A stretch of DNA of 64,000 nt from Octopus vulgaris (lineage: Eukaryota), in assembly GCA_951406725.2 (NCBI GenBank), contig OX597823.1:1736001-1800000 (forward strand). The letters are read 5' to 3'. Below, piece by piece: positions 26,363 through 41,658 of this stretch (its first letter is position 1; the number at the start of each line of letters is the position of its first letter). The position numbers and the translations under genes are program-made. A model generated the notes under the pieces. That model had not been told where the DNA came from. It was given only the letters and a program-made list of their open reading frames with translations, and did not search any database.

Positions 26363-26643
26363 TATACATGTATATATACATATATAAGTGTGTATATAAA
26401 TACACAAATACACACAATATGTGTATGCATATATACATATACATATATATATGTATTTATACATACCTATATGTATATATGTATATATATAGGTATATAT
26501 ATGCATATATATCTACATATATACATGTATATATATATATATTTGTATATATACATATATATGTATATATGCATATGTATATATATGTAAATATATGTAT
26601 ATGTATGTACATATGTATATTTATGTATATATATTTATGTATG

Positions 26644-26724
<81 letters not shown>

Positions 26725-26901
26725 TTTGATACTTTGATAGTATATACATGTAAATAATTATAAACAAGGGTAAAAGAAAAAAAGATTTCTATGCCAATAT
26801 GCTGAGAATAGACTTTAAATCGTCAATCACCAGATACAATATACATCACTACGAATACTCGTCGTGCTATATATATATATATATATATATATTCATATAT
26901 A

Positions 26902-26960
<59 letters not shown>

Positions 26961-27007
26961 AAAGGAGATGTGGAACACGAGTTGTGATATATAAAAAAAG
27001 GAAATGA

Positions 27008-27277
27008 AGAAAATGCTGACAAAATAATTTAAGTAAGGGAGAGTGTATTTAATTAGGTGAAAGTTCTTTTTACCGGTTGCGCATTTGTTATGCTTATCAA
27101 AAGATATTTTTTAAAGAGAGATAGAGTTCCTTTCTGATAGGAAAGGAACTCTATCAGAAAGGAACTCTATCTCTCTTTAAAAAATATCTTTTGATAAGCA
27201 TAACAAATGCGCAACGGTAAAAAGAACTTTCACCTAATTAAATACACTCTCCTTACTTAAATTATTTTGTCAGCATT

Positions 27278-27281
<4 letters not shown>
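27008..27281. repeat. Near-perfect palindrome (about 132-bp arms, 10-bp spacer)
   Basis: 27008-27140 is the reverse complement of 27151-27281 apart from two small indels that I could see. Confidence 0.93.
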
Positions 27282-27370
<89 letters not shown>

Positions 27371-27379
27371 TATATATAC

Positions 27380-30133
27380 TTTGATAGGTTTCGGCCATTA
27401 TTGGCCCAGGCCATGTCTAACTTAATAGCACCACCTGGTGAAGTCTTTCAAGTCAGAATTTGGGCACTATGGCCCACTCAAGTAGAGAGTTATTGTTTAC
27501 AGAGACATATCCGGGTGTAGGGGGTTTATCCGGGATTTCTTGAAGGAATATGTCCAAAGACTTCTTGAACCCTATAGGGTCTGTTTCTGTTTTAATGTGT
27601 TTTGGTGTAATGTTAAAGAGAGCGGGGCCAATTGAGGTGAAATAATTGTGCCGTATTGTTGTTATGAGATGAGAGTGCGATTTTTGTTTTGGGCGGATGG
27701 CACGGGGCCCAAGCCTTGGATGTACCTTAAAGGTGATGCCAACATCATTTGGGCAATGCTGATGGAATATTTTCCACATCATGCAGATGATGTAGCGCTC
27801 ACAGCGACGTTGGAGAGAATAAAGTTTTAGCTTTTCTAGTCGACCCCAATAGTCGAGGCCTGTCATGCCATCTATCTTTTTTGTGATTGCCCTTTGAGGT
27901 GCTTCAACTTTTATGATACTTTGTTTTGTGTGGGGAGACCACAGTGGACAACAGTATTCAAGGTGGGGTCGGGCAAAAGTGGAGAAGAGAAGGATAATGG
28001 TGTGGATATCTCTCGACTGGAAAGTTTTGAGAATCCAGGAACACATTCTGCGGGCCATGTCAACTTTGGTGTTTATATGAATGGCCCAGCTTATGTTGTT
28101 GTCCACAATTACTCCCAAGTCTCTAATGTTGTTGGATGCCACGAGAGTTTCACCTGAAGGAAAGGAGTATGGGAGTTTCAGGGCATCCTCTTTTCCAAAG
28201 TGGATTAACTCGAATTTATTCTCGTTCAGCAGCATATTGTTCTTTTCTGCCCATTGGATAACAGCCAGTAGATCTGACTGAAGGCATGTCCGGTCACTCG
28301 CCACATTTATGACCTTCTGGAGCTTGGAATCATCTGCAAAGATTTTTATGTTGCTGTGCTTGATGATGTCATTAATGTCATTAATGTAGATGATGAAAAG
28401 AAGTGCCTTGCGGAACGCCACTGCTGACTTTGGCTGGGCTTGATTTTACCCCTTCAACTACAACATGTTGAGATCTGTCTGTCAGGAAACACTTGATCCA
28501 TTTCAGTAACTTTCCAGAGACACCAATGTTGGATAGTTTTTTCAATAGGATCTTGTGATCAACCCTGTCGAAGGCCTTGCTGAAATCAAGGTAGATGACA
28601 TCGGTGTTGGAGCCCTCTCCCAAAGCTCTCAAAATGTCATCAAAGTGATGCAGGAGCTGCGTTAGGCAGTCCCTTCCATTACGGAACCCATGTTGGTTAG
28701 AGATCAGCCGTCTATTGCTTTCCAGAAATTGGGTTATTCGAGATCTCACCACCCTCTCAAATACCTTGATGATATGAGAGGTGAGTGAGATCGGACGGAA
28801 GTTCACTGCAAGGGACTTGTTTCCCTTTTTGAAAACTGGGACAGAAAGTTTTTAGGAATATAGCCAGCATCCAGTGAGTTTCTCCACAGATTAGCAAGGG
28901 GAGATGCAAGTTGGTGTCGACACACCTTCAGGACACAAGCAGGGAACCTATCGGGGCCTACTGCTGAATTGTGTTTTATTTCGTTTATCGCCGCTAAGAT
29001 ATCAGGGGCCCCAAACGTTATGTCCGATATAGTGTGTTGGGGGTTGACATCACTGATACAGTCCAGATCGGCCATATCAGGATTGCTGAAAACAGAGCAG
29101 TATTGTTTCTGCAGTATCTCGCCCATGGATTTGGCATTATCTTGGAGAGTGCCATTTTCATCAATTAGAGGGCCAACAGTGGAGACAGTGACCCTGTGTT
29201 TCCTCGCAAATGAAAAGAACACTTTGGGGTTGAGTTTGATTTTTTCAATGGCCCACTTCTCCTCAGCTGATCTTTGGTTATTGATGAGGGTCTTCATGCA
29301 TTGTTGGAGGTTATATTTTTTGGATTCAAGCAGTGCGATAGCCGTCGAATGTGTGTGTTGCTGTTGGCAGTACTTTAGTTTGTTAATTTTTTTGTTTGTT
29401 CTTTTTATTTTTCTGCTAATAGTTTTTCTGTTTTGGGGGATTCTGCACTTTTTGTTCACAGGTCTTGGTGGGGAGTGTTTTGCACATATGTTTGTGACGG
29501 TGTCTACAAAGATCTGCCAAGATGTTTTATTGTTGGTGGAGATGTGTGTATGTGTAAAGGACCAGTCAACATGTGATTGCTCGTTTCTGATTGCATCCCA
29601 GTTGGCATTATGGAGATCCATGTTATCAAATGGGTGGGCTGGAGGGAGGTCACCAGGATTAGCTTTCGGCTGGTGGAATTTCATGTTACAGAGAACCATG
29701 TCATGGTCTGAAAGAAGGGTTTTTCCACTGTAATGTTATGTATAGTGTTAGTGTGGTTACTAAACACTAGGTCCAAAATGTTCTTCTGATGTCTTGTTGG
29801 TGCAAGGACAAGTTGGGACAAGAAAAACTCATTCGTAAAGTCGAAAAGTGACTCTACTGCTTCTTTGTCAGCGGTTGAGGCGAGAGTGATTGGTTTCAAA
29901 CAGTTTGTAGTCCAGTCAACACAGGGTAGATTGAAGTCTCCCATCATGAGTAGGTTGCTAGAATGGCACTGTTGAATAAAGCACTTAATGCTGTTGAGGC
30001 ATTCTTTAAAGCACAGTATGGGTGTTTGGGGCGGCCTATAGAGCCCAATTACTGTCAGGTCATTGGCTTTGTTGTGAACGGTGACTGATTCACAGTAGCC
30101 GTTGGAGAATATACTATTTCCATTCTGCTTCAT
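27380..30133 (-). mobile_element. CR1-type LINE, 5'-truncated ORF2 (APE + RT) pseudogene
   Basis: APE motifs LYRPP, GDFNLP and ILDLVFS. RT motifs NFRPISLTS, QHGFR, YLDFSKAFDRVDH, SGVPQG and FADDSKL. Several frameshifts. Confidence 0.92.
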
Positions 30134-30385
30134 ATGTTTTTTTAGATTTTTGTTACTGCAGTAGTATTGAGGTGGTGATGTGGGGGAAGAGAGCAGTGGT
30201 TTCTTATTTAGTTTTTTGTTAGTAGTATTTTTGGTGATAGAAGACGATGGTGGCAGCGGTGGTGATGATGATGATGATAATTGTGGTGGTTGCCGTGAGA
30301 ACAGTGAATAGATACTGGCATTCAGTGAATCATCTAATATGCTAGAGTTTAGGAGTGGCTGTTGTTGTTGTTGTTGTTGTATATG

Positions 30386-30432
<47 letters not shown>

Positions 30433-30463
30433 ATATATATATATATATTCATATATATATATA

Positions 30464-30501
<38 letters not shown>

Positions 30502-30502
<1 letters not shown>

Positions 30503-31755
30503 GAGGGACGTTCAATAAGTAATGCCTCTGACCCACTTGCAGTTGTTTGATCTAGCTGAAATTTTGCATGTGCAATCATTTATATCTCTATAGAGTAAGT
30601 GGCAAATTACTTGTGGTTTCTGATTTACAGGTGTTTCAACCGAGTCAAGTGTGAAATGGAGCCTGTTGAGTGTCGAGCAGTGATCCGGTTTTTGTATTTG
30701 AAAGGACGCACACCACGGGAGACTTTTGATGAAATGAAAGTAACTTATGGTGATGATGCCCCATCATATGACCTTGTAAAACGCTGGCATCGTGAATTCA
30801 AACATGGTCGGACCTCTGTGGAAACAGCTCCCAGATCTGGTCGCCCCCTTCTGCCATTGATGAGGCATCTGTCTGTCAAGTTGAGGCTGTCATTTTGGAA
30901 GATCGACGCATATATATTCGCCAAATAGCCCATGAGGTCATGATTAGTACCGGGTCTGTGGAAACTATCATTCATGACCATTTGCATATGCAAAAGGTGT
31001 CTGCCAGATGGATTCCCAGGTTGCTCACACCTTTCCAGAAGCAAGAACGCGTCGAGTGCTCGAGGGTGAATTTGGAGATGTGCCAAGAAGATGAGTCAAA
31101 ATTTTTCAAAAGACTGATTACACAGGATGAAACCTGGGTCCATCACGATGATCCAGAGACCAAAGCCCAGTCAATGCAGTGGAAGCACCGTGACTCACCT
31201 CCTCCAAAGAAGGCAAGGGTGCAGCCCTCCGCTGGCAAGGTCATGCTCACAGTCTTCTGGGACCAGGACGGAGTAGTGATGACAGATTTCCTGGCAAAGG
31301 GTACCACAATTGCAGGAGCCTATTATGCTTCACTTTTGAGGAAATTAAGAGAAGCTATCAAAATCAAGAGTCGGGGCAAGATCAGCAAAGACATCCTCCT
31401 CCTGCAGGACAACGCTCCGATCCACAACTCGCGTGTCGCCAGATCAAAAGCACAGGCGTGCAGCTATGAACTCCTCCCCTTGCACCCTCTGATTTTCACC
31501 TCTTCCAGCCATGAAGTTGTTTTGAAAGGAAAGCGTTTCCCAGATGATGCAGCCTTGCTTTCTGAAGTCACGCCGTGGTTGGAGGACCAAGCTGGGGTCT
31601 TCTACAAAAATGGTCTTCAGTGCTGCATCAAACGATGGGAGAAATGCGTAACTCTGTGTGGTTCCTATGTAGAAAAAGACTAATAACTGTGCCAAGTTTC
31701 GTTGCTCTACTGCTATGGGAAGTGGGTCAGGGGCATTACTTATTGAACGCCCCTC

Positions 31756-31756
<1 letters not shown>
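30502..31756 (+). mobile_element. Full-length mariner transposon (1255 bp) inserted in (TA)n; transposase 30656-31683 is disabled
   Basis: TIRs CGAGGG.CGTTCAATAAGTAATGCC.CTGACCCACTT with TA flanks. HTH, WIPRLL, QDETW and QDNAP motifs. Frameshift near 30850, and the YSPDL motif is deleted. Confidence 0.95.
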
Positions 31757-31805
<49 letters not shown>

Positions 31806-31842
31806 GCATATATGAATATATATATATATATATACGCATATA

Positions 31843-31915
<73 letters not shown>

Positions 31916-31973
31916 TCTACAGGCGGTGCTCCAGCATGGCCGCAGTCAAAATGACTGAAACAAGTACCAAAAA

Positions 31974-32004
<31 letters not shown>

Positions 32005-32029
32005 CATATATGCGTATATATATAAGTAT

Positions 32030-32250
32030 ATATGTGTGTATGTGTTTGTTTGTGTGTCTGTGTTTGTACCCCCACCTTCACTTGACTATCGATGTTACTG
32101 TGTTTACGTCCCCATAACTTAGTCTTTTGCAAAACCCACGGATAGAATAAGTGGTTTGCTTACAAAGTATAAAGCCTGTTGTCAATTTCTTCAACTAAAA
32201 TTGGTGCTCCAGCATGGTCGCAGTCACATGACCGAAGCAACGAAACAATA
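32030..32250 (+). mobile_element. SINE family 1, 3' half
   Basis: GTTTACGTCCCCATAACTTAG core and GGTGCTCCAGCATGG tail. Confidence 0.7.
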
Positions 32251-32270
32251 AAAAGCTATGCCATTTTAAT

Positions 32271-32296
32271 CCCGTGCAACCCGGGTATCTCTGCTA

Positions 32297-32298
<2 letters not shown>
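32271..32298 (+). mobile_element. Possible Helitron 3' terminus (GC hairpin followed by a CTRR-like end)
   Basis: CCCGTGCAACCCGGG hairpin, 8 nt, then CTAA. Confidence 0.4.
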
Positions 32299-32361
<63 letters not shown>

Positions 32362-32855
32362 TATATATAGATATATATATATATGTTTATATATGTGTTT
32401 TTGTGTGTGAGAGAGACAGACAGAGTGTGTGTGCATATATATGACTATATGCCCGCGTTAGTGTATGCGAGTGCGTGAGGTGCACTCTGTGTGTGTGTGT
32501 GCGTGCGTGTGTGTGTGCGTGTGTCTGTGTGTCTATGCCTACCGATATGACTCTTGGCGTTCTTGTAATTAACCTCCCTCTGCTTTGTGCTGTTGTTTTT
32601 ATTGAGGTCGTTAATATTGTTTTTACATTACTTCTCAGTTGAACTTTTCGATTACTTATTTAACATGCGCGCATGCATGTATGTATGGATGCTTGCATGC
32701 ATACATATATACATGTATGTACGCATGTATGTATGCATGCATGTATGTATACATTCATGTATGCATGTATGCATGTATACATATATATATGCATGTATGT
32801 ATGTATATATATATATGTGTGTGTATGCATGTATGTGTATATATATTCATGCATG

Positions 32856-32894
<39 letters not shown>

Positions 32895-33687
32895 AATCAC
32901 AGTATGTTTGTGTATTGGCTAACGCATACATTTCCACAATTCTCAACCGATTTTCCCCAAACTTTACACACACATTACTCATATCCCAACGATGGTCGTG
33001 CTCCCGCGTAAATGGACTAACTGGGAAAACGGTTGTTTGCATGGGTTTTTCTCTAAGTTGTTGTATGTACATAACTTTTTGTATGTAGGGTCTTCCATAC
33101 CGTTTAATCTATATGGTCGTATGTTGGCACTAGAGAATATTTTTTAGTGGTTTTCCCATGTTTCCCCATTTATATGTTGTAATTGTGTAATATTACTTTC
33201 TTTTTTATTTTATACATGTATGGGTATGTATTTTGTCTTTTTTTTTGTTTTGAGAATATTACAAAAGTAAAAGGATCTTGTCTATATATTTATTTTGACT
33301 GTTTTCCATACTTTTTAATCTATGTGGTCGCATACATCTTCAGTGCTTCTCTGACCATGCAAACGCTTCTCTTCAACCTGTCTCGTGTGTTCTCTGAATT
33401 TCATTCTTCTCCTTTTCTCCTATTCCATACTTGATCACCTGTTCCTTATTCACTGTCTTTAATATTTTTCTCTGTGTTGTTCTATAAATGTTATTCTGTT
33501 ACTGCCAGTTTCGAAGTTCAAATCACACTGATGACCTCTTCGACACTCCGCTCGGCCGATTTGTTCAAATCTGTTACTGTGTTTCTGTGGTATCACTCAT
33601 TATTCCATTCCTCTTTTATAAAGAAATGGTTTTGTATTTTAGAAAATGATAGATAGAAATAAAGCCAGACAGACTGACAGACAGACT

Positions 33688-33763
<76 letters not shown>

Positions 33764-33959
33764 TACAGGCATACAGACAGATGGATGGATAACCATTAAA
33801 AAAAACAATAGAGAAGTTTCAAAAAATGGGTTAAGTGCTAACACAAGAGCGTTTAGCTTGAGTCAGTGACCATTGCATTTCATCAAGGGTATCTTTTCAA
33901 ACTCCCAGTTGCTAAAAAGCCTAAGGCTAAGCTCATCGACTTCAACGTTTTCTGCTTCC

Positions 33960-34210
33960 TTGTTCGAGGTAACCCCAACCTTCGAAAAAAAATGAAAATC
34001 CATTGGTTTCAAAATTTGGCACAAGATCACCAATTTCGTGGGGAGGGGATATTTCGATTACATTGACCTCAGCACTCAACTGTTCGACCTCAAAAGCAAG
34101 AAAAGCGAAGTCGACCTCGTCAGAATCTGAACTCACAACGTAAAACCAGACATATTACCGCTAAGCATTTTTGCCGGGATACTAGTGGTTCCGCCAGCTC
34201 GCCGCCTTAA
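33960..34210 (-). mobile_element. tRNA-derived SINE family 2
   Basis: The reverse complement begins GGCGGCGAGCTGGCGGAA...AATGCTTAGCGGT...GAGTTCAGATTC, like 50787-50960 and 59995-60213. Confidence 0.7.
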
Positions 34211-34437
34211 GGAGAGAAAACATACTAAAAGACAAGAACAATAATAATAAATAGATAACTAAACAATAAACAAACACTAGATCTTAACCAATGAAACACA
34301 AACTAAAATATTTCCTTGCAGTCTTGATTTGTAATCCATTGGAAGTTGTCAAAATAAATATTCTTTGAACAGAATAAATAACCAGAAGGCAGATTGAAGG
34401 AAACAGAAACAGCATTTGTGTGTGTGTGTGTGTGTGT

Positions 34438-34487
<50 letters not shown>

Positions 34488-34636
34488 TCATCAGTATGTG
34501 CCTATGCGTGTCTGTGTGTCCATAATGGGACCAGCACGTAATCAATGGAGTAATAACATTGCTTTAATTGGTTGCTTTATTTATTGTATATAAGTTGTGC
34601 GACTTTTATGTATATTCTGAGTATGTACGCATCTAC

Positions 34637-34903
<267 letters not shown>

Positions 34904-34927
34904 TGTGTATTGTTGTGTCTAGGGAGA

Positions 34928-34969
<42 letters not shown>

Positions 34970-35437
34970 GAGAGAGACGGAAGATAGAAGATACCAGAAT
35001 GTTTATTGATCACAACAATTATTTCGACGTCTGGCATCGATCTCTCACGGGTAGGATACTGAACAACTGGTTAGGAGGATCCGTCGGGGTAGACGTAATA
35101 AACAATTATCTGATGAACTTCATTGCCTCACAGCTGTTTCTGCTATAAGAGGCAACGAACTCAAAGTTAAGTGCTTGTGTAACACCTTACAGCAGAATCA
35201 GTTGTGAGCTAATGAAGTTCATAGGAATGAAACGTTTATTCTTTTGTCATCTCATTTTTTTGTTATTTCTGCTTTCTACTCGATTAAAGCTTCGTTCTGA
35301 AACAGATGTATATTGAGATCTACATCTGATTATTAATCCCGTAATGTATAAGCGATATGGTGTATATAATTGTTTCAGTGCTTAATTATCAGCTGTTAAT
35401 TGCATGAATTATACGCAATACTGCATTTATATGATTC

Positions 35438-35484
<47 letters not shown>

Positions 35485-35510
35485 ATGTGTCTGTGTGTAT
35501 ACATATACAC

Positions 35511-35547
<37 letters not shown>

Positions 35548-35997
35548 TATATATATTTATATATATATATGTATGTATGTATGTATGTATATATATGTAT
35601 GTATGTATGTATATACACACACGTAACCTGGGGTGACCAGAGACAAAACACTGCGGCATCAAATTTAGTCTCTCCACATTTTACACCGAAACACAATTTT
35701 TTTTAATTTTTCGTCTGATGAAGAGGAACAAAGAAATACAAAGAGACACCAATGAGAAAACAACAAAAACAAATTAAAGGAAATGTAAAAAAAAAAGAAA
35801 GAAAGAATAAAGAAACGTCGTTTTCATTCGATCTTTAACCACAGAACATTTAAAGATGAGAATGTTATGAAAGGATCCCCTTTAACAGTTGTCCGTCCTT
35901 TGGGTCTGTTCTCATTGCGCTTCAAAGGAAACCTGTTCACTTCTTTAACTCAACATGATACCAAACACGGTCAGCTTCCAGACTCTTCATTTTAGAT

Positions 35998-36070
35998 CAG
36001 TGGTTCCCAGCCTAGGGTCCGCAGATTCCTGGTGGTCTGCAAAGGCAGTACTGGGGGTCCGTGAACTAAA
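35998..36070 (+). mobile_element. hAT-type MITE left terminus relic
   Basis: CAGTGGTTCCCAGCCTAGGGTCCGC...GGGGGTCCGTG resembles hAT/Charlie MITE ends; I saw no partner end. Confidence 0.45.
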
Positions 36071-36103
36071 TTCAAAACTTTACACACAAACACACACACA
36101 TTA

Positions 36104-36140
<37 letters not shown>

Positions 36141-36502
36141 TAATGTAGGATTAAAATTTTTCCGAAAAAAAACTTTATCAATGGCCAGCATATTAAAAGG
36201 TTGAATTTATAAATAACTTATATAATAAAGGCAAAAGAAAAATTCTAATGCCAAATATGCCGAAAATAGACATTGTCAGTAACCATTATAATTTATGCTT
36301 CTCGAAGCAAACCGATAGAAATTTCTAAAAAATTCCGTTATTACCGTATTGGTCCTAATTTCAGAGTTAATTCATAAGAATTTTCTCCTCCTCAGCGATA
36401 AATACGTAAGACATAAGTGAAATACTTACTCAAACCGATGGAAAAAGCAAGCACCAAGTACCCAAATATATCCAAAATAGAAAATCTTCAGCACGTCTCG
36501 AG

Positions 36503-36586
<84 letters not shown>

Positions 36587-36594
36587 GTAATAAT

Positions 36595-39173
36595 AACCCC
36601 AAAAAGTTCTACCAAGAACTGGGAAAAAATAAAATAGAAGTCACTGCAGCACCAACGGCAGAAGAATTGGAAGAATTCTGGAGAGAAATATGGTCGGCGA
36701 ACGAACAGCCAAAAAAAGGAGTATCAAAATAACAAACTCGGCATCTGAACAACTTTGGACCCCCATAACAACTGAAGAGGTCACCCAGGCACTGCAAAAA
36801 CTAAGCAACTGGAAGGCACCTGGACATGACAAGATCCCCAACTTCTGGTTGAAATATCTAACAGGAATGCACAAAAAGCTGGCTGAAAACTTTAACAACG
36901 TACTAGCAGAGCCAGAGACAATGCCTGAATGGCTCACGAAGGGGAAAACCATCTTAATTCCCAAATCAAATGAAACAGCAAAACCAAAAAACTACAGACC
37001 AATAACCTGCCTCCCTACTATGTTCAAGGCATTTACTGCAGTGATATCGCAAAGGCTGAACAAGCACCTGGACGAAAACAAACTGTTCCCAGAAGAGCAG
37101 AAAGGATGCCGCAAAGGCTCATATGGCTGTAAAGATCAACTAATGATTAATAAAGCCGTAACTGAAGACAGCCACAGAAAGAAGAAAGGCCTCAGTATGG
37201 CCTGGATTGACTACAAAAAGGCGTTTGATAGCATCCCCCACACATGGATCCTCGAAACACTAGCCATTAACAAAGTAGCACCAACAATCATAAAATTCAT
37301 AGAGCACTCTATGAATAAATAGCAAACAGTCCTACACCTCCAAACAAAAGAGGGACTCATGAAAACCAAAGACATCCCCATTAGAAGAGGAATATTCCAG
37401 GGAGACACGCTCTCTCCACTCTTTTTCTGCTTGGCACTGTCACCTCTATCTGATATGCTAAATAGAACTGGATGCGGATATAAATGTTACGGCAAAACGA
37501 TCAGCCACCTTTTATATATGGATGACCTAAAACTATACGCTGCAAATGACAAACAGCTGGAAACACTATTAAAGACAGTTCATGGATTTACCAAAGAAAT
37601 AGATATGAAATTTGGATTAGAAAAATGCGCCAAAGTAACCATGAAAAGAGGAAAACTAGTTAAGAGTAACAACATCACACTAGATAAAACCAATGAAATA
37701 AAAGAATTAGAGCAAAGCCAAACTTACAAATACTTAGGAATCCATGAACTAGATAAGACACAACACACACAAATGAAAGAGAAAATAAAAAAAGAATATT
37801 ATAGACGAGTTAGATCAATACTAAAAACAGAGCTCAATGCTAAAAACAAGATAATAGGTATCAACACTTTAGCTGTCCCAGTTATAAGTTACAGCTACAA
37901 TATCCTTAACTGGACACGAAATGAACTGTCCAAAATAGATAGGAAAACAAGAAAAATACTGACAGGATCTAGGATGCATCACCCAAAATCTGACATAGAA
38001 AGACTATATATACAACGTATAGAAGGTGGTAGAGGCCTTATACAACTGGAAAACTACTATAAAATAACCACCATAGGACTGCAAAAATACCTACTTCAGA
38101 AAGAAGGAAAACTGATCCAGATAGCAGCAAAACACGAGCAAAACAAAAAACTGTTCTCAGTATTTAAGGAAGCTGACAAATACAAACAAGAAATCATACC
38201 ACCTAATAAACACGAAGAAGAAGAAGATGATGATGAAGAAACAACAAAAGCTATAAAACAAATGAAATCCAAACTAAAAATAGAACAGCAACGAACCATG
38301 ATAAAACGATGGCAAGAAAAGCCCCTTCATGGTAAATACTGCACTAAACTAAACGCAAAAGAAATAGACAAAGAAAAATCCCAACAATGGTTGAGAAGCT
38401 CAGGACTCAAAGCAGAAACAGAGGGATTTTTAATTGCAGCACAAGACCAAAGCCTCCCCACCAGAAATTACCAAAAACATGTAATGAAAAGAAATATTAC
38501 AAGTAACTGCAGAATATGTGGAGATGGACAAGAAACAATAAATCATATTATCTCTAGCTGCCCAGTCCTGGCTAAGAAGGAATATATTCACAGACATGAC
38601 AGAGTTGGAACCTACATACATTGGAAGCTATGCCAACATTATGGAATAACAACAGAAAAAAGATGGTATAGGCACACACCAGAAAAGGTCACAGAAAACG
38701 AGAAAGCAACCATACTCTGGGATATGCCGATACACACAGATAGAGAAATTAAGGCCAACAGACCAGATATAGTTGTCAGAGATCATGAAGAAAAAAATGC
38801 TTTCTAATTGATGTATCAATACCGGCAGATGACAACGTGTCTCTAAAAGAAATGGAGAAACTCTCAAAATACAAAGACCTGGAAATAGAGGTAACTAGAA
38901 TGTGGAATCTGAAAACAGAAACAATTCCTATCATAGTAGGTGCATTAGGCATGATAAAAAAATATTCAGACTAATACATAACAAAAACACCAGGACTTAC
39001 AAACACATATAACATACAGAAAATTGCACTACTAGGCACTGCACACATCCTACGCAGAACACTTTCCATACAATAACCATCAGAGCATCACAACAAATCA
39101 CAGCACATACCCAAGGCACACAGAGCTGCGCTCGGTAGTGAAGTGAAAGCACGCTATAAAAATAAAACTACTG
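36595..39173 (+). mobile_element. R4/Dong-type retrotransposon family B, 5'-truncated, flanked by (TAA)n on both sides
   Basis: ORFs 36690-37322 and 37359-38807 carry [45 protein letters not shown] and RPDIV. Only a few lesions. Confidence 0.95.
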
Positions 39174-39219
39174 AATAATAATAATAATAATAATAATAAT
39201 GATGATGATGATGATGATG

Positions 39220-39277
<58 letters not shown>

Positions 39278-39301
39278 TAATAATGATAATGATGATGATG
39301 T

Positions 39302-39382
<81 letters not shown>

Positions 39383-39387
39383 TAATA

Positions 39388-39670
39388 AATATCTAACAGG
39401 AATGCACAAAAAGCTGGCTGAAAACTTTAACAACATACTGGCAGAGCCAGAGACAATGCCTGAATGGCTCACGAAGGGGAAAACCATCTTAATTCCCAAA
39501 TCCAATGAGACAGCAAAACCAGAAAACTACAGATCTATAACCTGTCTCCCAACAATATACAAAGTTTTTACTGCAGTAATATCACAAAGATTGAACAAAC
39601 ACCTGGACGAAAACAACCTGTTTCCAGAAGAGCAGAAAGGATGCCGCATAGGCTCATATGGCTGTAAATG
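39388..39670 (+). mobile_element. Family B RT N-terminal fragment
   Basis: MHKKLAENFNN...EEQKGC, homologous to 36853-37130. Confidence 0.85.
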
Positions 39671-39779
39671 AACAATCTGGGGTATTTATTCTAATGGCCT
39701 ACCAATGTATACAATGAGTTTCTCTGCCCTATGTGCCAGGAAGACACCCGGCAAGAAATTGGGACAGAACTGAAAAAAG

Positions 39780-39864
<85 letters not shown>

Positions 39865-39871
39865 ATTATTA

Positions 39872-41367
<1,496 letters not shown>

Positions 41368-41368
41368 T

Positions 41369-41537
41369 AATTTTCTTATGGTTTCTTAAATATTCTCTAG
41401 AACAACACTGTACAAAACCAAATATATGCCACCCTAGGCATAATACCAACATGAACTTCCAACTTGTTGTCTCTTGAGGTCTCTGGGTGAGACTTGGAGC
41501 CAACTTGTACAAATGTAAAGCAAAAGTAAAACATAAA
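41369..41537 (+). mobile_element. Family C 3'UTR fragment
   Basis: Matches 55840-56001. Confidence 0.8.
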
Positions 41538-41658
41538 ATAATAATAATATCTGAGTAAGTATAAAGATCTTGAAATAGAAATTGGCAAAATGTGGAACCT
41601 CAAGTTTGAAACAATACTTGTTGTCATAGGAATGATTGGAAATGGGGTTAATTGCTAT

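Noticed and set aside
35109-35233. CTGATGA...GAAAC as a hammerhead
   Set aside because: The core lies inside the long hairpin and there are no correctly placed stems I and III.
35715-35820. CTGATGA followed distantly by GAAAC
   Set aside because: No stem II pairing.
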